A DNA stretch of 64,000 nt from Candidatus Omnitrophica bacterium 4484_213 (GTDB lineage: Bacteria > Omnitrophota > 4484-213): positions 15,341-79,340 of the forward strand of contig MZGK01000002.1 of the NCBI GenBank assembly GCA_002085025.1, written 5' to 3'. The translations under genes and the position numbers were made by a program. The number at the start of each line of letters is the position of its first letter. The first letter of the stretch is position 1. Positions 1 through 10,506 of this stretch are shown in pieces. The notes under the pieces are model-generated. The model did no database searches and was not told where the DNA came from. It was given only the letters and a program-made list of their open reading frames with translations.

Positions 1-807
1 TAACAAGAGGATTTCTTTCCCCTTTTTGTATTCTTTAAGATTCAAATAACAGAGCGTTAAGCAATAGAGCAACTTATCCGTTTTTTCAAAGTCTGGATAT
101 TTCTTCAATAAATTATTAAATATAGAGATTGCTTTTTTATATCTACCTTCTCTTGCGTAAATATAACCTAAACTAAATTGAGCATCGTCAGTAAATCCAA
201 ATCTATTTTTTTTATCTTGAGCAATTATCTGTTTAAAAAAAGAGAAGGATCCTTTGAGATTTCCCTTATCTATTCTCTTATCTCCTTCCTTCCATAAATT
301 TTCTATTTCTTTGAGTTTATTTAAATATTCAATTTTATCCAATGCTAATTTTGCAGCCTCTCGAACAGGATAAGAGTCTTTTTCCTTTAAAAAAAAGGAA
401 TCTCTTGAGAGTTTCTTTAGATAAGTAATTGCTCTTTCATCCCCGATAATCCCTAAGGCAATACTTGCTGCCTGACGAATGCGCCAGTTTTTGTCTTTTA
501 GTTGTGAATAGAGAATATCAAGAGATATCTTTCGTTTCTGGGGGTCGGTATTTCTCGCTTCCAGTATCCCTAGAGCGATTATCGCTGTTTCTTTAAGGTC
601 GCCAGCATCTCTCTCAATCAAGGAAATAAATTCCTTTCTTGCTTCCTCTCCTCCTTGCTTTGCTAATTGGTAGGCGGCTTTATCTCTGATGAGTTTTTTC
701 TCACTGCAGAGTAATCTTAATGAGGATTGCAAATCATCGGCTTGAACAAAGGTCTGCCCAATGAGAAACGAAATTAACAAAAAGGATATGTTGATACAAG
801 ATTTCAT
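1..807 (-). CDS. HEAT-repeat protein with N-terminal hydrophobic leader; runs off the window edge
   Basis: Hand translation from ATG at 807 (ATGA overlap with the SPOR gene stop): MKSCINISFLLISFLIG...LKDKNWRIRQAASIALGIIGDERAI, typical HEAT/PBS repeats; missing from the ORF track. Confidence 0.7.
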   Translation of the reverse strand, partial: MKSCINISFLLISFLIGQTFVQADDLQSSLRLLCSEKKLIRDKAAYQLAKQGGEEARKEFISLIERDAGDLKETAIIALGILEARNTDPQKRKISLDILYSQLKDKNWRIRQAASIALGIIGDERAITYLKKLSRDSFFLKEKDSYPVREAAKLALDKIEYLNKLKEIENLWKEGDKRIDKGNLKGSFSFFKQIIAQDKKNRFGFTDDAQFSLGYIYAREGRYKKAISIFNNLLKKYPDFEKTDKLLYCLTLCYLNLKEYKKGKEILLL

Positions 808-1343
808 CGAGAAAGAGGAATTTTTCTTACAAACGGGTCCTTATAACGATTTTTTTTATTTATTTCTTTTAGAGCCGCAGTTGCCTCTTTTTTGGATTTA
901 AATCTGCCGGCATAGATTATCCATAAATTTCCCTGTTCCACTATTCGGGGGTCGTATCCTTGGAGTTTTTTTAGTTCCTGATTTGCATATTTCTGGCTTT
1001 TGTAGGTAGCTAATTGAATTGTATATAAAAAGGCGGTTGATGTATCTTTGAAACTTTTTGCAGAGCTTGTCGCAGGGCTTGGCTTTGTTTCTTCCTTTAT
1101 TTCTTCATAGTGGCTTCCCAGACCTTGCGCTAATTCAACTCTCTGAATTGGTTTAATTTTCTTCCCTCTCTCAATCCCCAAACAGAATGTTAGGACCAGG
1201 AGAAAAAAAAGCCCGATGAATAAAAAGATGGTTTTCTCGCCCGAGAACTCCAGAAGCGTTTTTCTTCCCATACCTAAAAATCTTCTTTTCTGGAAAGACG
1301 ATTGGTTGTCAAAAAGTTCCTTTTGCTGCGGAAAATTCATCAT
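804..1343 (-). CDS. SPOR-domain membrane-anchored protein
   Basis: One TM helix, then YTIQLATYKSQKYA...IYAGRFKSKKEA...KDPFVR SPOR signature. Confidence 0.8.
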   Translation of the reverse strand: MMNFPQQKELFDNQSSFQKRRFLGMGRKTLLEFSGEKTIFLFIGLFFLLVLTFCLGIERGKKIKPIQRVELAQGLGSHYEEIKEETKPSPATSSAKSFKDTSTAFLYTIQLATYKSQKYANQELKKLQGYDPRIVEQGNLWIIYAGRFKSKKEATAALKEINKKNRYKDPFVRKIPLSR

Positions 1344-1425
1344 ACATCACTGATGGTACTAATTCTTATCACTGATAACTCATCAGTGTAATCAGATTGC
1401 CAAGCGATAGCCAGCCAATCTTTAA

Positions 1426-1551
1426 GTTTACCCCGTTAGAAAGCTCCTTTCCTCCGTGGGGCGAGGTTAAAATCCCGTTCCCTTTCTTGTAGGGGCAATC
1501 CTTATAAGAACGATAGAAAAACTGCCCCTAAATTGCTTTCTGAGGGGGGTC
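1426..1551. repeat. Diverged family A/B element
   Basis: gtttaccccgttagaaagc...gctttctgagggggg; interior aligns with family A. Confidence 0.8.
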
Positions 1552-1552
1552 G

Positions 1553-2233
1553 CTATTTTTCTTCTTCCTTTTTTGGCTCAACAAAAGAAGGCAGGGTTTT
1601 CGGAGAAATAACTATCTCTACCCTGCGGTTATTTGCCCTTCCCTGGGGAGTATCATTAGTGTCTATAGGACGATATTCACCATAGCCTACTGCTGAAAGC
1701 CGCTCAGGAGAAACACCCTGTTTGATTAGATAGCGCACAACTTCGGTAGCTCGACATGCTGAAAGTTCCCAATTAGAGGGGTATTTTGTCGAGTATTTGA
1801 TTGGTTTATTATCCGTATACCCCTCTACACTTATTAAATTATTCGGGCAGGTTTTATTGATTATTTCGGCAATCTTATTCAAACCTTCTTTTGCCTGCGG
1901 TTTAATAAGTACTTGACCCGGGTCAAAGAGAATCTTATTACTGACTATGATTATCAAACCTCGCTCCTGGAGATACACTTTTAAATCTCTTTGCGATAAC
2001 TCCTTTTTCAATTTATGCTCTAATTCTATTTTTGTCTCTAAAAGTGCTTCTTTTGGTTTGCACAGCTCCTCCAGCTGGAAATTTAATTGTTCAATAGTAG
2101 TGTTTAAATTAGCAATAACCCTTGATTGTTCCTCGACTTGGCTCCGCAGAGCTTTGCTGGTCGCGCAGCCAGTTGTAACGAAGAGAAGAAAGATAACAGA
2201 GAACAAGACCTTCCTTTTATGAGTAGACATCAT
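1553..2233 (-). CDS. OmpA/MotB-family lipoprotein
   Basis: Lipobox TTGC, coiled coil, VEGYTD, NWELSACRA, GRANNRRVEI. Confidence 0.88.
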   Translation of the reverse strand: MMSTHKRKVLFSVIFLLFVTTGCATSKALRSQVEEQSRVIANLNTTIEQLNFQLEELCKPKEALLETKIELEHKLKKELSQRDLKVYLQERGLIIIVSNKILFDPGQVLIKPQAKEGLNKIAEIINKTCPNNLISVEGYTDNKPIKYSTKYPSNWELSACRATEVVRYLIKQGVSPERLSAVGYGEYRPIDTNDTPQGRANNRRVEIVISPKTLPSFVEPKKEEEK

Positions 2234-2296
2234 AACCTCCTCTTCTCGGTTATCGGTTTGTGGTTCTCGCCAAAACCGAGCATCGAGAACCGATTT

Positions 2297-2554
2297 TTAT
2301 TCCCCTACCAATTTTGCTAAGTGCTCCTCAGCTAATTTATGGCCGGGGTTTATTTCTAAAGTTTTATTAAATACCTCCTTTGCTTCTTTCAACATATTTT
2401 TAGCCTCATAGACAATGCCTAAGTTGTAACAAGCCTCAGCATTTTGAGAATCCTCCTTTAAAATTCTCTGAAAATATTTTATTGCCTCTTCGTAATTTTC
2501 ATTTAGAAAAGAAAATTTTCCCGCTTCCAATAAATCTTCTTCTTTTTTGTCCAT
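2297..2554 (-). CDS. Small TPR protein
   Basis: YEEAIKYFQRIL...AEACYNLGIVY...LEINP. Confidence 0.8.
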   Translation of the reverse strand: MDKKEEDLLEAGKFSFLNENYEEAIKYFQRILKEDSQNAEACYNLGIVYEAKNMLKEAKEVFNKTLEINPGHKLAEEHLAKLVGE

Positions 2555-2556
2555 CG

Positions 2557-3387
2557 TTATAATTTATTTATCCTCTTAACTACCTCTTCCGCAAGAAACC
2601 TTGGCGTAGAGGTCCCTGTAATTATACCAATTTTTTTCTTACTTTTCAACCACTCTCGCCTTATTTCATTTGCACCTTCAATATGATAAGTTTCTCTTCT
2701 CGTGGCACAAATCTCGGCCAATCTGCAGGTATTAGCACTTTCCTTTCCTCCGATGACTAACATCAGCTCCACTCTTTTGGCTAATTTGACTGCTTCTTCC
2801 TGCCTCCTTTGAACAACTGCGCAAAGCGTATTAAATATTCTTATTTCCTGAAAGTCTTTTCTTAATAGTTCTTTTATTACTCTAGTAAACCTCTCTTTCG
2901 TCTGAGTTGTTTGAGCAATAATCCCGATTTTATCAAAAGAAATTTTTTTGTCTTTGATTTCAGAGATATCTTCAATCACCTTTGCCTTATCAGCAAAACT
3001 CATCAATGCTTGCACTTCCTTGTGTCTCCTTTCTCCAATGATTACTACCTGGTAATCTTGTTGAGAAAGCCGAGCCGCAATTTGCTGAAGATTCTTAACA
3101 AAGGGACAGGTGGCATCAATCAATTTCAATCCTTTCTCCTTTACCCTTTTGATTACTGTTTCTGAAAGTCCATGTGCAGGGATTACTAAAATTCCCTTTT
3201 TCGCTTTTTTTAAATTCCTAATGATCTTCAATCCTTGTTTGACCAATAGGTCATTGATTTGGGGATTGTGAATGAGGGGCCCTAAGCAGTAAGCCCTTTC
3301 TTCTTTTCGCAACAATTCCTCGATCCTCTGGACTGCCTTCTGGACACCCCAGCAAAACCCATATTCTTTTGCCAGTTTTAGTTTCAC
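2557..3387 (-). CDS. ispH: 4-hydroxy-3-methylbut-2-enyl diphosphate reductase
   Basis: GFCWGV, IHNP, DATCPFV, AQTT, NTLC, SANT. Confidence 0.95.
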   Translation of the reverse strand: MKLKLAKEYGFCWGVQKAVQRIEELLRKEERAYCLGPLIHNPQINDLLVKQGLKIIRNLKKAKKGILVIPAHGLSETVIKRVKEKGLKLIDATCPFVKNLQQIAARLSQQDYQVVIIGERRHKEVQALMSFADKAKVIEDISEIKDKKISFDKIGIIAQTTQTKERFTRVIKELLRKDFQEIRIFNTLCAVVQRRQEEAVKLAKRVELMLVIGGKESANTCRLAEICATRRETYHIEGANEIRREWLKSKKKIGIITGTSTPRFLAEEVVKRINKL

Positions 3388-3422
3388 TGATTAAATTGAG
3401 ATTATACCTAGAGAGATGTTTG

Positions 3423-4037
3423 CTATACAGCAATCGTGCTTAATTCGCCCAGCTCTTTTACTTTCTTTAGTATTTCGGCGTTTATCCTCTGAATGTTCTC
3501 TTTTTTACTATTCTTAACAAACTCACTAGGGATTATCCTTTGCCCAAAATAAACAACTATTGGGCAGAATCTAATGAATTTAGCTCCCCGCGGCAAGGCT
3601 TTATCTGTGCCCTTTATGTAAGCAGGAATAATGGAAACATTTGCCTCGTGGGCTAAAAATCCTGCTCCCCCCTTGATTCTCTGCCAGTCCCCCCCGCGGG
3701 TTCCCTGGGGGAAAAGGACAATTACCTTATTTTGTTTTAACTTAGCCAGGGCGCACCTTAAAGCCCTGAAATCAGAGCTATTGCGCACTAGGGGAATTGC
3801 ATTAAGCGAACGAAGAAACTTTCTAAAAAAATAGTTTTTAAACAAACTTTCGCGAGCTAAAAAATTTATCTTGCGGAAGGAAGCTGCGCCCACAACTATA
3901 GGGTCTAAAAAACTTATATGATTAGAGACAATAATGCATCCTTTTTTAGAAGGAATATTTTCTATTCCCTGTACTTTTAGGCGAAAAAATATTTTGAAAA
4001 AAATCTTTGCCAGACAATGGAAAAAAGAGTAAAGCAT
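3423..4037 (-). CDS. plsC: 1-acyl-sn-glycerol-3-phosphate acyltransferase
   Basis: NHISFLD (HX4D) and FPQGTR. Confidence 0.9.
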   Translation of the reverse strand: MLYSFFHCLAKIFFKIFFRLKVQGIENIPSKKGCIIVSNHISFLDPIVVGAASFRKINFLARESLFKNYFFRKFLRSLNAIPLVRNSSDFRALRCALAKLKQNKVIVLFPQGTRGGDWQRIKGGAGFLAHEANVSIIPAYIKGTDKALPRGAKFIRFCPIVVYFGQRIIPSEFVKNSKKENIQRINAEILKKVKELGELSTIAV

Positions 4038-5658
4038 TCCGAATTATCAACGAATTTACCCCGTTAGAAAGCCCCGTTTCCTTCTTCCTTATAGGGGCAA
4101 ATTCCTTATAGGAACGATAAAGAAGTTGTTCCCATTTATACTTGATAGAATTAGTCATTAGGCATTCTAGAATTCTTTTTACTACCTGTTGGATACTCAT
4201 CTCTGTTGTATCAATATAAATCGCGTCTTTGACCCTTTTTAAAGGAGCAACCTTTCTTTCGCTGTCCTTTTTGTCTCTAATTTTGATATTTTGCTCAATT
4301 TTTTCCAGAGATAATTTTTCTCCTTGTAGAGCTCCTGGTTGAGTAAGGAGTTGCTTGTATCGCCGTTTTGTTCTTTCTTCTATAGAGGCGTCTAAGTAAA
4401 ATTTCTTTGCCTGCGGGAAGACAACACTTCCTATATCTCTGCCCTCAGCAACGATATCTTTCCCCTCGCTTATCTTCCGCTGCAAGATAACCATCCTTTT
4501 TCTTATTTCAGGGAGTTTTGCCAAATAGAAAACTTTATTGGTTATCTCCTCTTTTCGGATTTCCCTCTCCACATCTTTCCCATCGAGAAGCAAAACCGGT
4601 TTCTTCGCTTTTTTAAAGCGGAAATTAATCTCTGTTTCTTGACACATTTTTATCAAGCGAGCCTTATCTCTTAAGTCAATCCCCTCCTTTATTGCCTTTA
4701 AGGTAATCGCCCGATACATTGCCCCAGTATCTAAATAGTAAAAACCCAATTTGGCTGCTAATTTTTGGCTAACTGCGCTCTTTCCTGCTCCTGCAGGCCC
4801 GTCAATAGCAATAACTATTCTCTCCTCCTTTAATTTTTTCTGCCTCGCTTTTTTAAATTCCTTTGTTATTTCCTGTGAATCCCCCTTCTGAATTAAATCT
4901 CGCATTATTATTAAATGTTCAATAAAAGCCTCAAGGGCCCTGCTAATTTCTTCTTTGTTGTCTATGCAGATATCCCTTCGCAATGAAGCATCGCTTAAAG
5001 CAATGCGGGTTGAATCTTTCCAACCCTTAGCCGCATATTTTAGGTATCTCTCAGAGACGGAATTCACCAAACTTACGGCGGCAATATGGGGCAAATGGCT
5101 TATCTCGGCTACAATTTTATCGTGCTGAGCAGCAGAGGTAATTTTTGCCCTGCTTCCTACCTCTTCCCATAATTGTTTAACCTTTTTTAAAGCGGCTATA
5201 TCTGTTTTCTTTGATTTTATTAAAAAGGTAAGTGAGTTAGCGAAGAGATCTCTACGCGCAGCTCTCACTCCTTTCTTCTCTGAGCCGGCTAAGGGATGAC
5301 CGCCAACAAAATGGATTTCCCGCGGGAGAATTCTTTCTATTTCTTGTGTAATTTTCTTCTTAGTGCTACCTACATCGGTTATCAGAGAACCTGCACGCAA
5401 AAAAGGGATGATCTTCTGGACAGTAGAAACAACTTCTCCCACCGGGGTGCAGATAATTATTAACTCACTTTCTTGGGCATCTTTTAGTTTTAAACTTCCT
5501 TTATCTATCGCTCCGAGTTTCACTGCCTCCTCTATTGTCTTCTCATGTTTAGCAATGCCAAAGACTTGTCTTGCTAACTTTTTTCTCTTTATAACCAATC
5601 CTAAAGAACCACCGATTAGACCTGTGCCAATAATGGTAATTTTATTGAATTTTTTCAT
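3946..5658 (-). CDS. tyrA-cmk: Prephenate dehydrogenase-cytidylate kinase fusion with repeat-derived C-terminal extension
   Basis: GTGLIGGS, DVGSTK, GGHPLAGSE, SHLPH, then IAIDGPAGAGKS, DTGAMYRA, EGRDIG; the tail reads through a family A repeat. Confidence 0.88.
   Translation of the reverse strand: MKKFNKITIIGTGLIGGSLGLVIKRKKLARQVFGIAKHEKTIEEAVKLGAIDKGSLKLKDAQESELIIICTPVGEVVSTVQKIIPFLRAGSLITDVGSTKKKITQEIERILPREIHFVGGHPLAGSEKKGVRAARRDLFANSLTFLIKSKKTDIAALKKVKQLWEEVGSRAKITSAAQHDKIVAEISHLPHIAAVSLVNSVSERYLKYAAKGWKDSTRIALSDASLRRDICIDNKEEISRALEAFIEHLIIMRDLIQKGDSQEITKEFKKARQKKLKEERIVIAIDGPAGAGKSAVSQKLAAKLGFYYLDTGAMYRAITLKAIKEGIDLRDKARLIKMCQETEINFRFKKAKKPVLLLDGKDVEREIRKEEITNKVFYLAKLPEIRKRMVILQRKISEGKDIVAEGRDIGSVVFPQAKKFYLDASIEERTKRRYKQLLTQPGALQGEKLSLEKIEQNIKIRDKKDSERKVAPLKRVKDAIYIDTTEMSIQQVVKRILECLMTNSIKYKWEQLLYRSYKEFAPIRKKETGLSNGVNSLIIRNALLFFPLSGKDFFQNIFSPKSTGNRKYSF
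4045..4148. repeat. Family A element, copy 1 (104 bp)
   Basis: Identical to 26545-26648; tatcaa/ttgata ends. Confidence 0.95.
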
Positions 5659-5814
5659 TCAATAAGTTCACAACCTACAGGGCCCGAATGCTTTCGGGGC
5701 AACATAAGTTGTAGGAACGCATTTCCGCCGTCGCCAAGGCTTTGGTGGACAAGGAACCCCACACCAATTTCTGTTTTTGGTTAAACATCTTAGAAAATTG
5801 GTGTGCGGATAAGT
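5659..5814. repeat. Family D element, diverged
   Basis: cat-tcaataagttcac..gaacgcatt, then cacaccaattt/aaattggtgtg stem. Confidence 0.65.
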
Positions 5815-6966
5815 TTAACTTCCTTTTAATATCCCTAAAACTTTTTCTACCACCTTAGCCTTATTACAAACTATCCTTCCTCCCCGTCTTAGACTTATCT
5901 CCACCTTTCCCTGAGCAAAGTTTTTCTTTCCGATAACTATTCTCAGAGGAATTCCGATTAAATCTGCATCGTTGAGTTTAATCCCTGCACTTTCTGAACG
6001 GTCATCCACAAGTACTTCCATTTTTTGATTTCTCAATTCTTGCAAAAGGGAATCAACGTAGGAGACAATCCTCTTTTCTCTGTAGTCTAAGGGGATGATT
6101 AAAACATCATAAGGGGTAAGTGAGAATGGCCAGATAATCCCTTTTTCATCGTGGTTTTTTTCAATGCATCCAGCGATTATTCTATCTACACCAATTCCAT
6201 AACAGCCCATTACTATTGGTCTTTGCCTTCCCTGTTCATCGCTGTAATTAGCACCAAAAACTTCGCTATATTTTGTCCCCAATTTAAAGATATGCCCTAA
6301 TTCAATTTCTTCTCCCGAGCTCAAATAAATTACGAATTCGTGAGAGAGCCTTCCGCCCATTATCCCTGAATCGGCTTCCTTCATCTCGCAATGGGAAAGC
6401 CCGCAACGACTGAAGATATTCTGATAGGCAATTTTCATCTTTTCATAATTTTGGGCTAATCCGGCATCGTCTTTATCAAAACTATATGCGTCTTTCATTG
6501 TGAACTCGCAGGTTCGGATTACCCCATAGCGTGGACGAATTTCATCGCGGAATTTGGTCTGAATTTGATAAAGGATTAAAGGAAGGTTTTTGTAAGAATT
6601 GATTCTTTGGGCGACCAAATCTGTAATTATTTCTTCGTGAGTAGGCCCCAAAACCATCTGCTTCTTATGTCTGTTCGTAAAAGAAATTATTACCTTTCCT
6701 AATAGAGCATCGCGTTTGGATTTCTTCCAGATAAATAGTGGTTGAAGCACAGAAAGAGAAAGTTCCTTTGCCCCCGTTTTATTCATCTCCTCTCTGATTA
6801 TTTCTCTTACTTTATTTAATACCCTTAGGCCCAGGGGCAGATAGGCATAGACTCCCGAGCTAATCTTTTTAATTAAAGAGGAACGCAGCATTAACTGATG
6901 GCTGGCAATCTTTGCCTCAGCAGGAATCTCTTTAGAGGTGAAGATAAAGGACTTGGAATAAAACAT
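5815..6966 (-). CDS. proS: Proline-tRNA ligase, short form without INS editing domain
   Basis: GPTHEE, FRDEIRPRYG, ELGHIFKLG, MGCYGIGV, DADLIGIP. Confidence 0.93.
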   Translation of the reverse strand: MFYSKSFIFTSKEIPAEAKIASHQLMLRSSLIKKISSGVYAYLPLGLRVLNKVREIIREEMNKTGAKELSLSVLQPLFIWKKSKRDALLGKVIISFTNRHKKQMVLGPTHEEIITDLVAQRINSYKNLPLILYQIQTKFRDEIRPRYGVIRTCEFTMKDAYSFDKDDAGLAQNYEKMKIAYQNIFSRCGLSHCEMKEADSGIMGGRLSHEFVIYLSSGEEIELGHIFKLGTKYSEVFGANYSDEQGRQRPIVMGCYGIGVDRIIAGCIEKNHDEKGIIWPFSLTPYDVLIIPLDYREKRIVSYVDSLLQELRNQKMEVLVDDRSESAGIKLNDADLIGIPLRIVIGKKNFAQGKVEISLRRGGRIVCNKAKVVEKVLGILKGS

Positions 6967-6971
6967 AACTC

Positions 6972-7125
6972 TCTAATAGGGTTTACTAATCTATACGAAA
7001 GACATCAACGAATTTACTAATCTATACGAATATACGAATGTTTTTGTTCGTAAATTCGTAAGAAATTCGTAATTCGTAGATGTTTCTTTTATTCGTGAAT
7101 TCGTATAGGATTCGTAATTCGCTAA
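6972..7125. repeat. Inverted array of tacgaa/ttcgta units with A/B end fragments
   Basis: tttactaatctatacgaa twice, then several ttcgta units. Confidence 0.8.
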
Positions 7126-7132
7126 CATTAAA

Positions 7133-8281
7133 TCAATTAGTCATTTTGATAATCTTTCTTGCTTCTTTTCTTGCCCACTCATCTGCTTGAAGAATATTGT
7201 TAATATCACTATCGTCTAAAGGCCGATGCTTTTCAATAACCTTCTCGACAATTCCACTGATATCAGTAAATTTTATCTGCCCATCTAAAAACGCCCGGAC
7301 GGCTACTTCATCGGCGGCGTTTAGAACAGTAAGTGTTGTTCCTCCTTCTCTTTCTGCTTCCCGCACCAATCTCAGAGAAGGAAATTTTTTTTCATCAGGA
7401 GATTTAAAACTAAGCGGAGGAATTTGGCTGAAATTAAGGGATTCTCCAAAGGGTAGTCGCTGAGGACAACTGAGTGCATATTGAATGGGCAGACGCATAT
7501 CTATAATTCCCAATTGGGCAATGATAGAACCATCGATAAACTCTACCATTGAATGAATAAGCACCTCCGGATGAATAAGAATCTCTATTCTTTCTATTTC
7601 TACATCAAAGAAGTATTTTGCCTCTATGAGTTCCAAGCCTTTATTCATCAGAGTTGCCGAGTCAACCGTGATTTTTTCTCCCATTTTCCATTTAGGGTGT
7701 TTAAGAACACTTTGCGGCGAGACAGACCACAAATCTTCCTTTGTTAAATTATTTAAGGGCCCACCTGAGGCGGTCAGGAATATTCTCTTTATTTCCTGTT
7801 TATTCCTCCCTTCAAGACACTGAAAAATGGCACTCTGTTCGCTGTCAATGGGAAGAATTTTCACTCGCTTTTGTTTTGCTCTTTGAATAACTATTTTACC
7901 TGCGGCTACCAGAAGTTCTTTATTTGCCAAACCAATTTGCTTTTCATTCTCTATTGCCTTTAAGAGAGGAATTAAGGCTTTAATTCCGGACATTGAAAAA
8001 ACAATAAAATCGGCTTCTTTAAAAGTGGCCAACTCAATCAACCCTTCTTTTCCAGTACTTATTTTACATCCCTTAACCCTTTGTTTTAACTCTCTATATC
8101 TCTCTTCATTGCTGACAACAGCGAGGCGAGGTTGAAATTCCTTGATCTGTTCCTCTAAAATTCCAATATTAGAATTGCAGGAAAGCCCGATTATCTTGAA
8201 CTCTTGAGGAAAATCTCGGACTACTTCTAATGTCTTCTTCCCTATTGACCCAGTTGAGCCAAGAATAACAATATTTTTCAT
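7133..8281 (-). CDS. dxr: 1-deoxy-D-xylulose-5-phosphate reductoisomerase
   Basis: LGSTGSIG, LANKE, PIDSE, TASGG, WKMGEKITVDSATLMNKGLE. Confidence 0.95.
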   Translation of the reverse strand: MKNIVILGSTGSIGKKTLEVVRDFPQEFKIIGLSCNSNIGILEEQIKEFQPRLAVVSNEERYRELKQRVKGCKISTGKEGLIELATFKEADFIVFSMSGIKALIPLLKAIENEKQIGLANKELLVAAGKIVIQRAKQKRVKILPIDSEQSAIFQCLEGRNKQEIKRIFLTASGGPLNNLTKEDLWSVSPQSVLKHPKWKMGEKITVDSATLMNKGLELIEAKYFFDVEIERIEILIHPEVLIHSMVEFIDGSIIAQLGIIDMRLPIQYALSCPQRLPFGESLNFSQIPPLSFKSPDEKKFPSLRLVREAEREGGTTLTVLNAADEVAVRAFLDGQIKFTDISGIVEKVIEKHRPLDDSDINNILQADEWARKEARKIIKMTN

Positions 8282-8695
8282 TAAATAACAAAACTAATGC
8301 AATAATTTTCAAGTTCTTTCGGGGAGATATCAAAGAATGTTTGATTGCAGAACCAGGCGCATATAACCTTTCACAAATGAGCGGTTTCCTTTAAGCCGAA
8401 TTTCCAACGTTCATTGTGTAATGTCAAATCAAATAGTCCTAGGAAACGTTCAAGAAATCTTCCTTGATTCGCAAGGTCATTGTGGATTTTCCAATAACGA
8501 GCTCAGGCAATTTCGCTTCTATATTTCATATCCCCCCTTAGAAAGCCCGCCCTTTCGGGGATTAGCAAATTTTTCTTCGAAAAATTTGAGCCTGAAGAAA
8601 CGACATTAAGAAATTTCTGAAGGAGCTCCTTCAAGGTTCTTAGAAAACTCCCTCTAATCGCTTCTTCAGGACCAAATTCCCCTGAAGGCAAAATT

Positions 8696-8771
8696 TGGTG
8701 GACCGAGGGGGATTCGAACCCCCGACCTCCTGATTGCGAACCAGGCGTTCTCCCAACTGGACTATCGGCCC
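8696..8771 (-). tRNA. tRNA-Ala(CGC)
   Basis: Cloverleaf GGGCCGA...TCGGTCC-A-CCA, G3:U70 pair, anticodon loop TT-CGC-AA, GTTCGAATC. Confidence 0.93.
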
Positions 8772-8843
8772 AATTTTTTGCGAAGCAAAAAATTGATCCT
8801 AAAAATGCGACCTTTGGAAGCATTTGAAGGACCTTATCTGTTT

Positions 8844-9308
8844 TTATTCCCCTGCTACCCTTATCACTTCTTCTAAGGTAGTAATCCCCTCTCTTGCCTT
8901 TTTTAGCCCCTCTTCTCGTAAAGGTAATATTTCTGATTTAATTGCCTCTTTTCTTATCTCCTCTTCTAAGCCTTTATTGGCAATCAGTTCTTTTATTTTT
9001 GGCGTTAATAGTAAAAACTCCATAATCCCTATCCTTCCTTTGTAGCCGCTGTTTTCGCAATTGGGGCAGCTTTTCCCCCGGTAAAATACACCCTCAGAAG
9101 TAGAATATTTCTTTCTGCAACGCTCGTGAACCTTGCGCACCAATCTCTGAGCTCCTACGCCAATTACAGAAGAGCTAATCAAAAAAGGTTCTATTCCCAT
9201 ATCGAGCATTCGGGTTATTGCCTCTGAGGCAGTATGCAAGGTAGAGAGCGCAAGATGACCGGTAAGCGCAGCTTTAACAGCAATATCCAGAGTTTCATAG
9301 TCCCTCAT
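8844..9308 (-). pseudogene. C-terminal fragment of PilB/GspE-family ATPase
   Basis: [44 protein letters not shown]; Walker A region absent. Confidence 0.8.
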
Positions 9309-9453
9309 CAGAAATCAGTCTACGGTCGTCAGTCTGCAGAAAATCAGTCTTCAGTTTACGGTCTTCAGAAAAAACAATTGACAACCTTTGAATTTTTTCT
9401 CTTTTTTTGTTGCTTATATTCGCCTTCTCGGAAAATCCCCTAGCTGTCCTCTG

Positions 9454-9970
9454 TTAATAACTGTCGACTGTTGACTGTTTCTTCGCTTTTGCAAAGCTCA
9501 ACTCTGATGTTTTTCTTTTCTTAAGTCTCTCTTCAAATGGACCATAGTAATGCTCAATTGCCTTCTTTATATCCGTAGATGTGCTCACAAAAGCCTGCAC
9601 CTTGCATTTAGTAATATACTCAATATCCTCAATGGCTGTTTTATCAGAAGGATCAACCATCGCCGCGGTGAGTACCTCATCCTATCTTGTCTACCGGTAC
9701 CACATAATATTGATAAGCAAGGTTTTTTGGGAATAAACTGGATAATCTGGGGGTCAATCTCACAATTGCTGAGAAGTAGATGAGGATAGCCAAATTGAGT
9801 TGCTAAAAAAGAGGCAACAATCTCCTTTTCGGTCACATATTTGAGTTTCAATAAAATTTGCCTCAATAATCTCCTTTTTTCTTTTTGCACCTTCAGGGCT
9901 TTATTTAATTGGTACTCGGAGATGAGATCTCTTTCCAAAAGTAGTTGGCCTAAGGGTTTAGGAACAATCC
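9454..9970 (-). pseudogene. Frameshifted N-terminal (MshEN-like) fragment of PilB/GspE
   Basis: PLGQLLLERDLISEYQLNKAL..LRQILLKLKYV in one frame; MVDPSDKTAIEDIEYIT in another. Confidence 0.75.
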
Positions 9971-10089
9971 GTAGAGACACCGCCGCCTCCTTCGCTGCAT
10001 TCAGTCGTCGTCGAAAATCAGTTTGCAGTAGGCAATTGGCAATTGGCAACTTTTTGCCTACTGCTTACTGCCTACTGTCAATTGTTTTT

Positions 10090-10500
10090 CTATGCTGCTT
10101 TCACGCAGTTTCCTCCTTCCCGCTCTATTTCTTCCATGGCTATCTTTACTTTATTAAACAATTCCTCTGCGCTGTTGTCATCCAGAGGGTTACTGCTTAC
10201 TCCAATGCTTATAATTAATCCCTCTCTTATTGCACCAACATCTTCTTTTATCTTCCCGGCTATATCAATCGCCCTCTTTTTGCTCTTCTCGGGCAAGATT
10301 AAGACAAACTTCTCATCCTCAAATCTGCCAACCTTGTCAATATTGTTAGCATTTTTTCTAAGCACAAGGGCTATCTCTGGCAGAAGAATCCCCTTTGAAT
10401 AGGGCTCAATTTTATCGACCCTTAAAAAAATCAAAGAATAGGGATGCCGAAAGGTAATCACCCTTTCTATCTCTTCGTTGAGTTGTTTTTTTATATACTT
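10090..10500 (-). pseudogene. Degenerate GGDEF-domain fragment
   Basis: KVGRFEDEKFVLILPE, IISIGVS; no intact start, cut at the IS remnant. Confidence 0.65.
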
Positions 10501-10506
10501 TAAGAA

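Noticed and set aside
5815-6966. proS as a deletion pseudogene
   Set aside because: It is in frame with all catalytic motifs, and INS-less bacterial ProRS is an established form.
8503-8823. 106-aa ORF
   Set aside because: It spans tRNA-Ala and repeat sequence.
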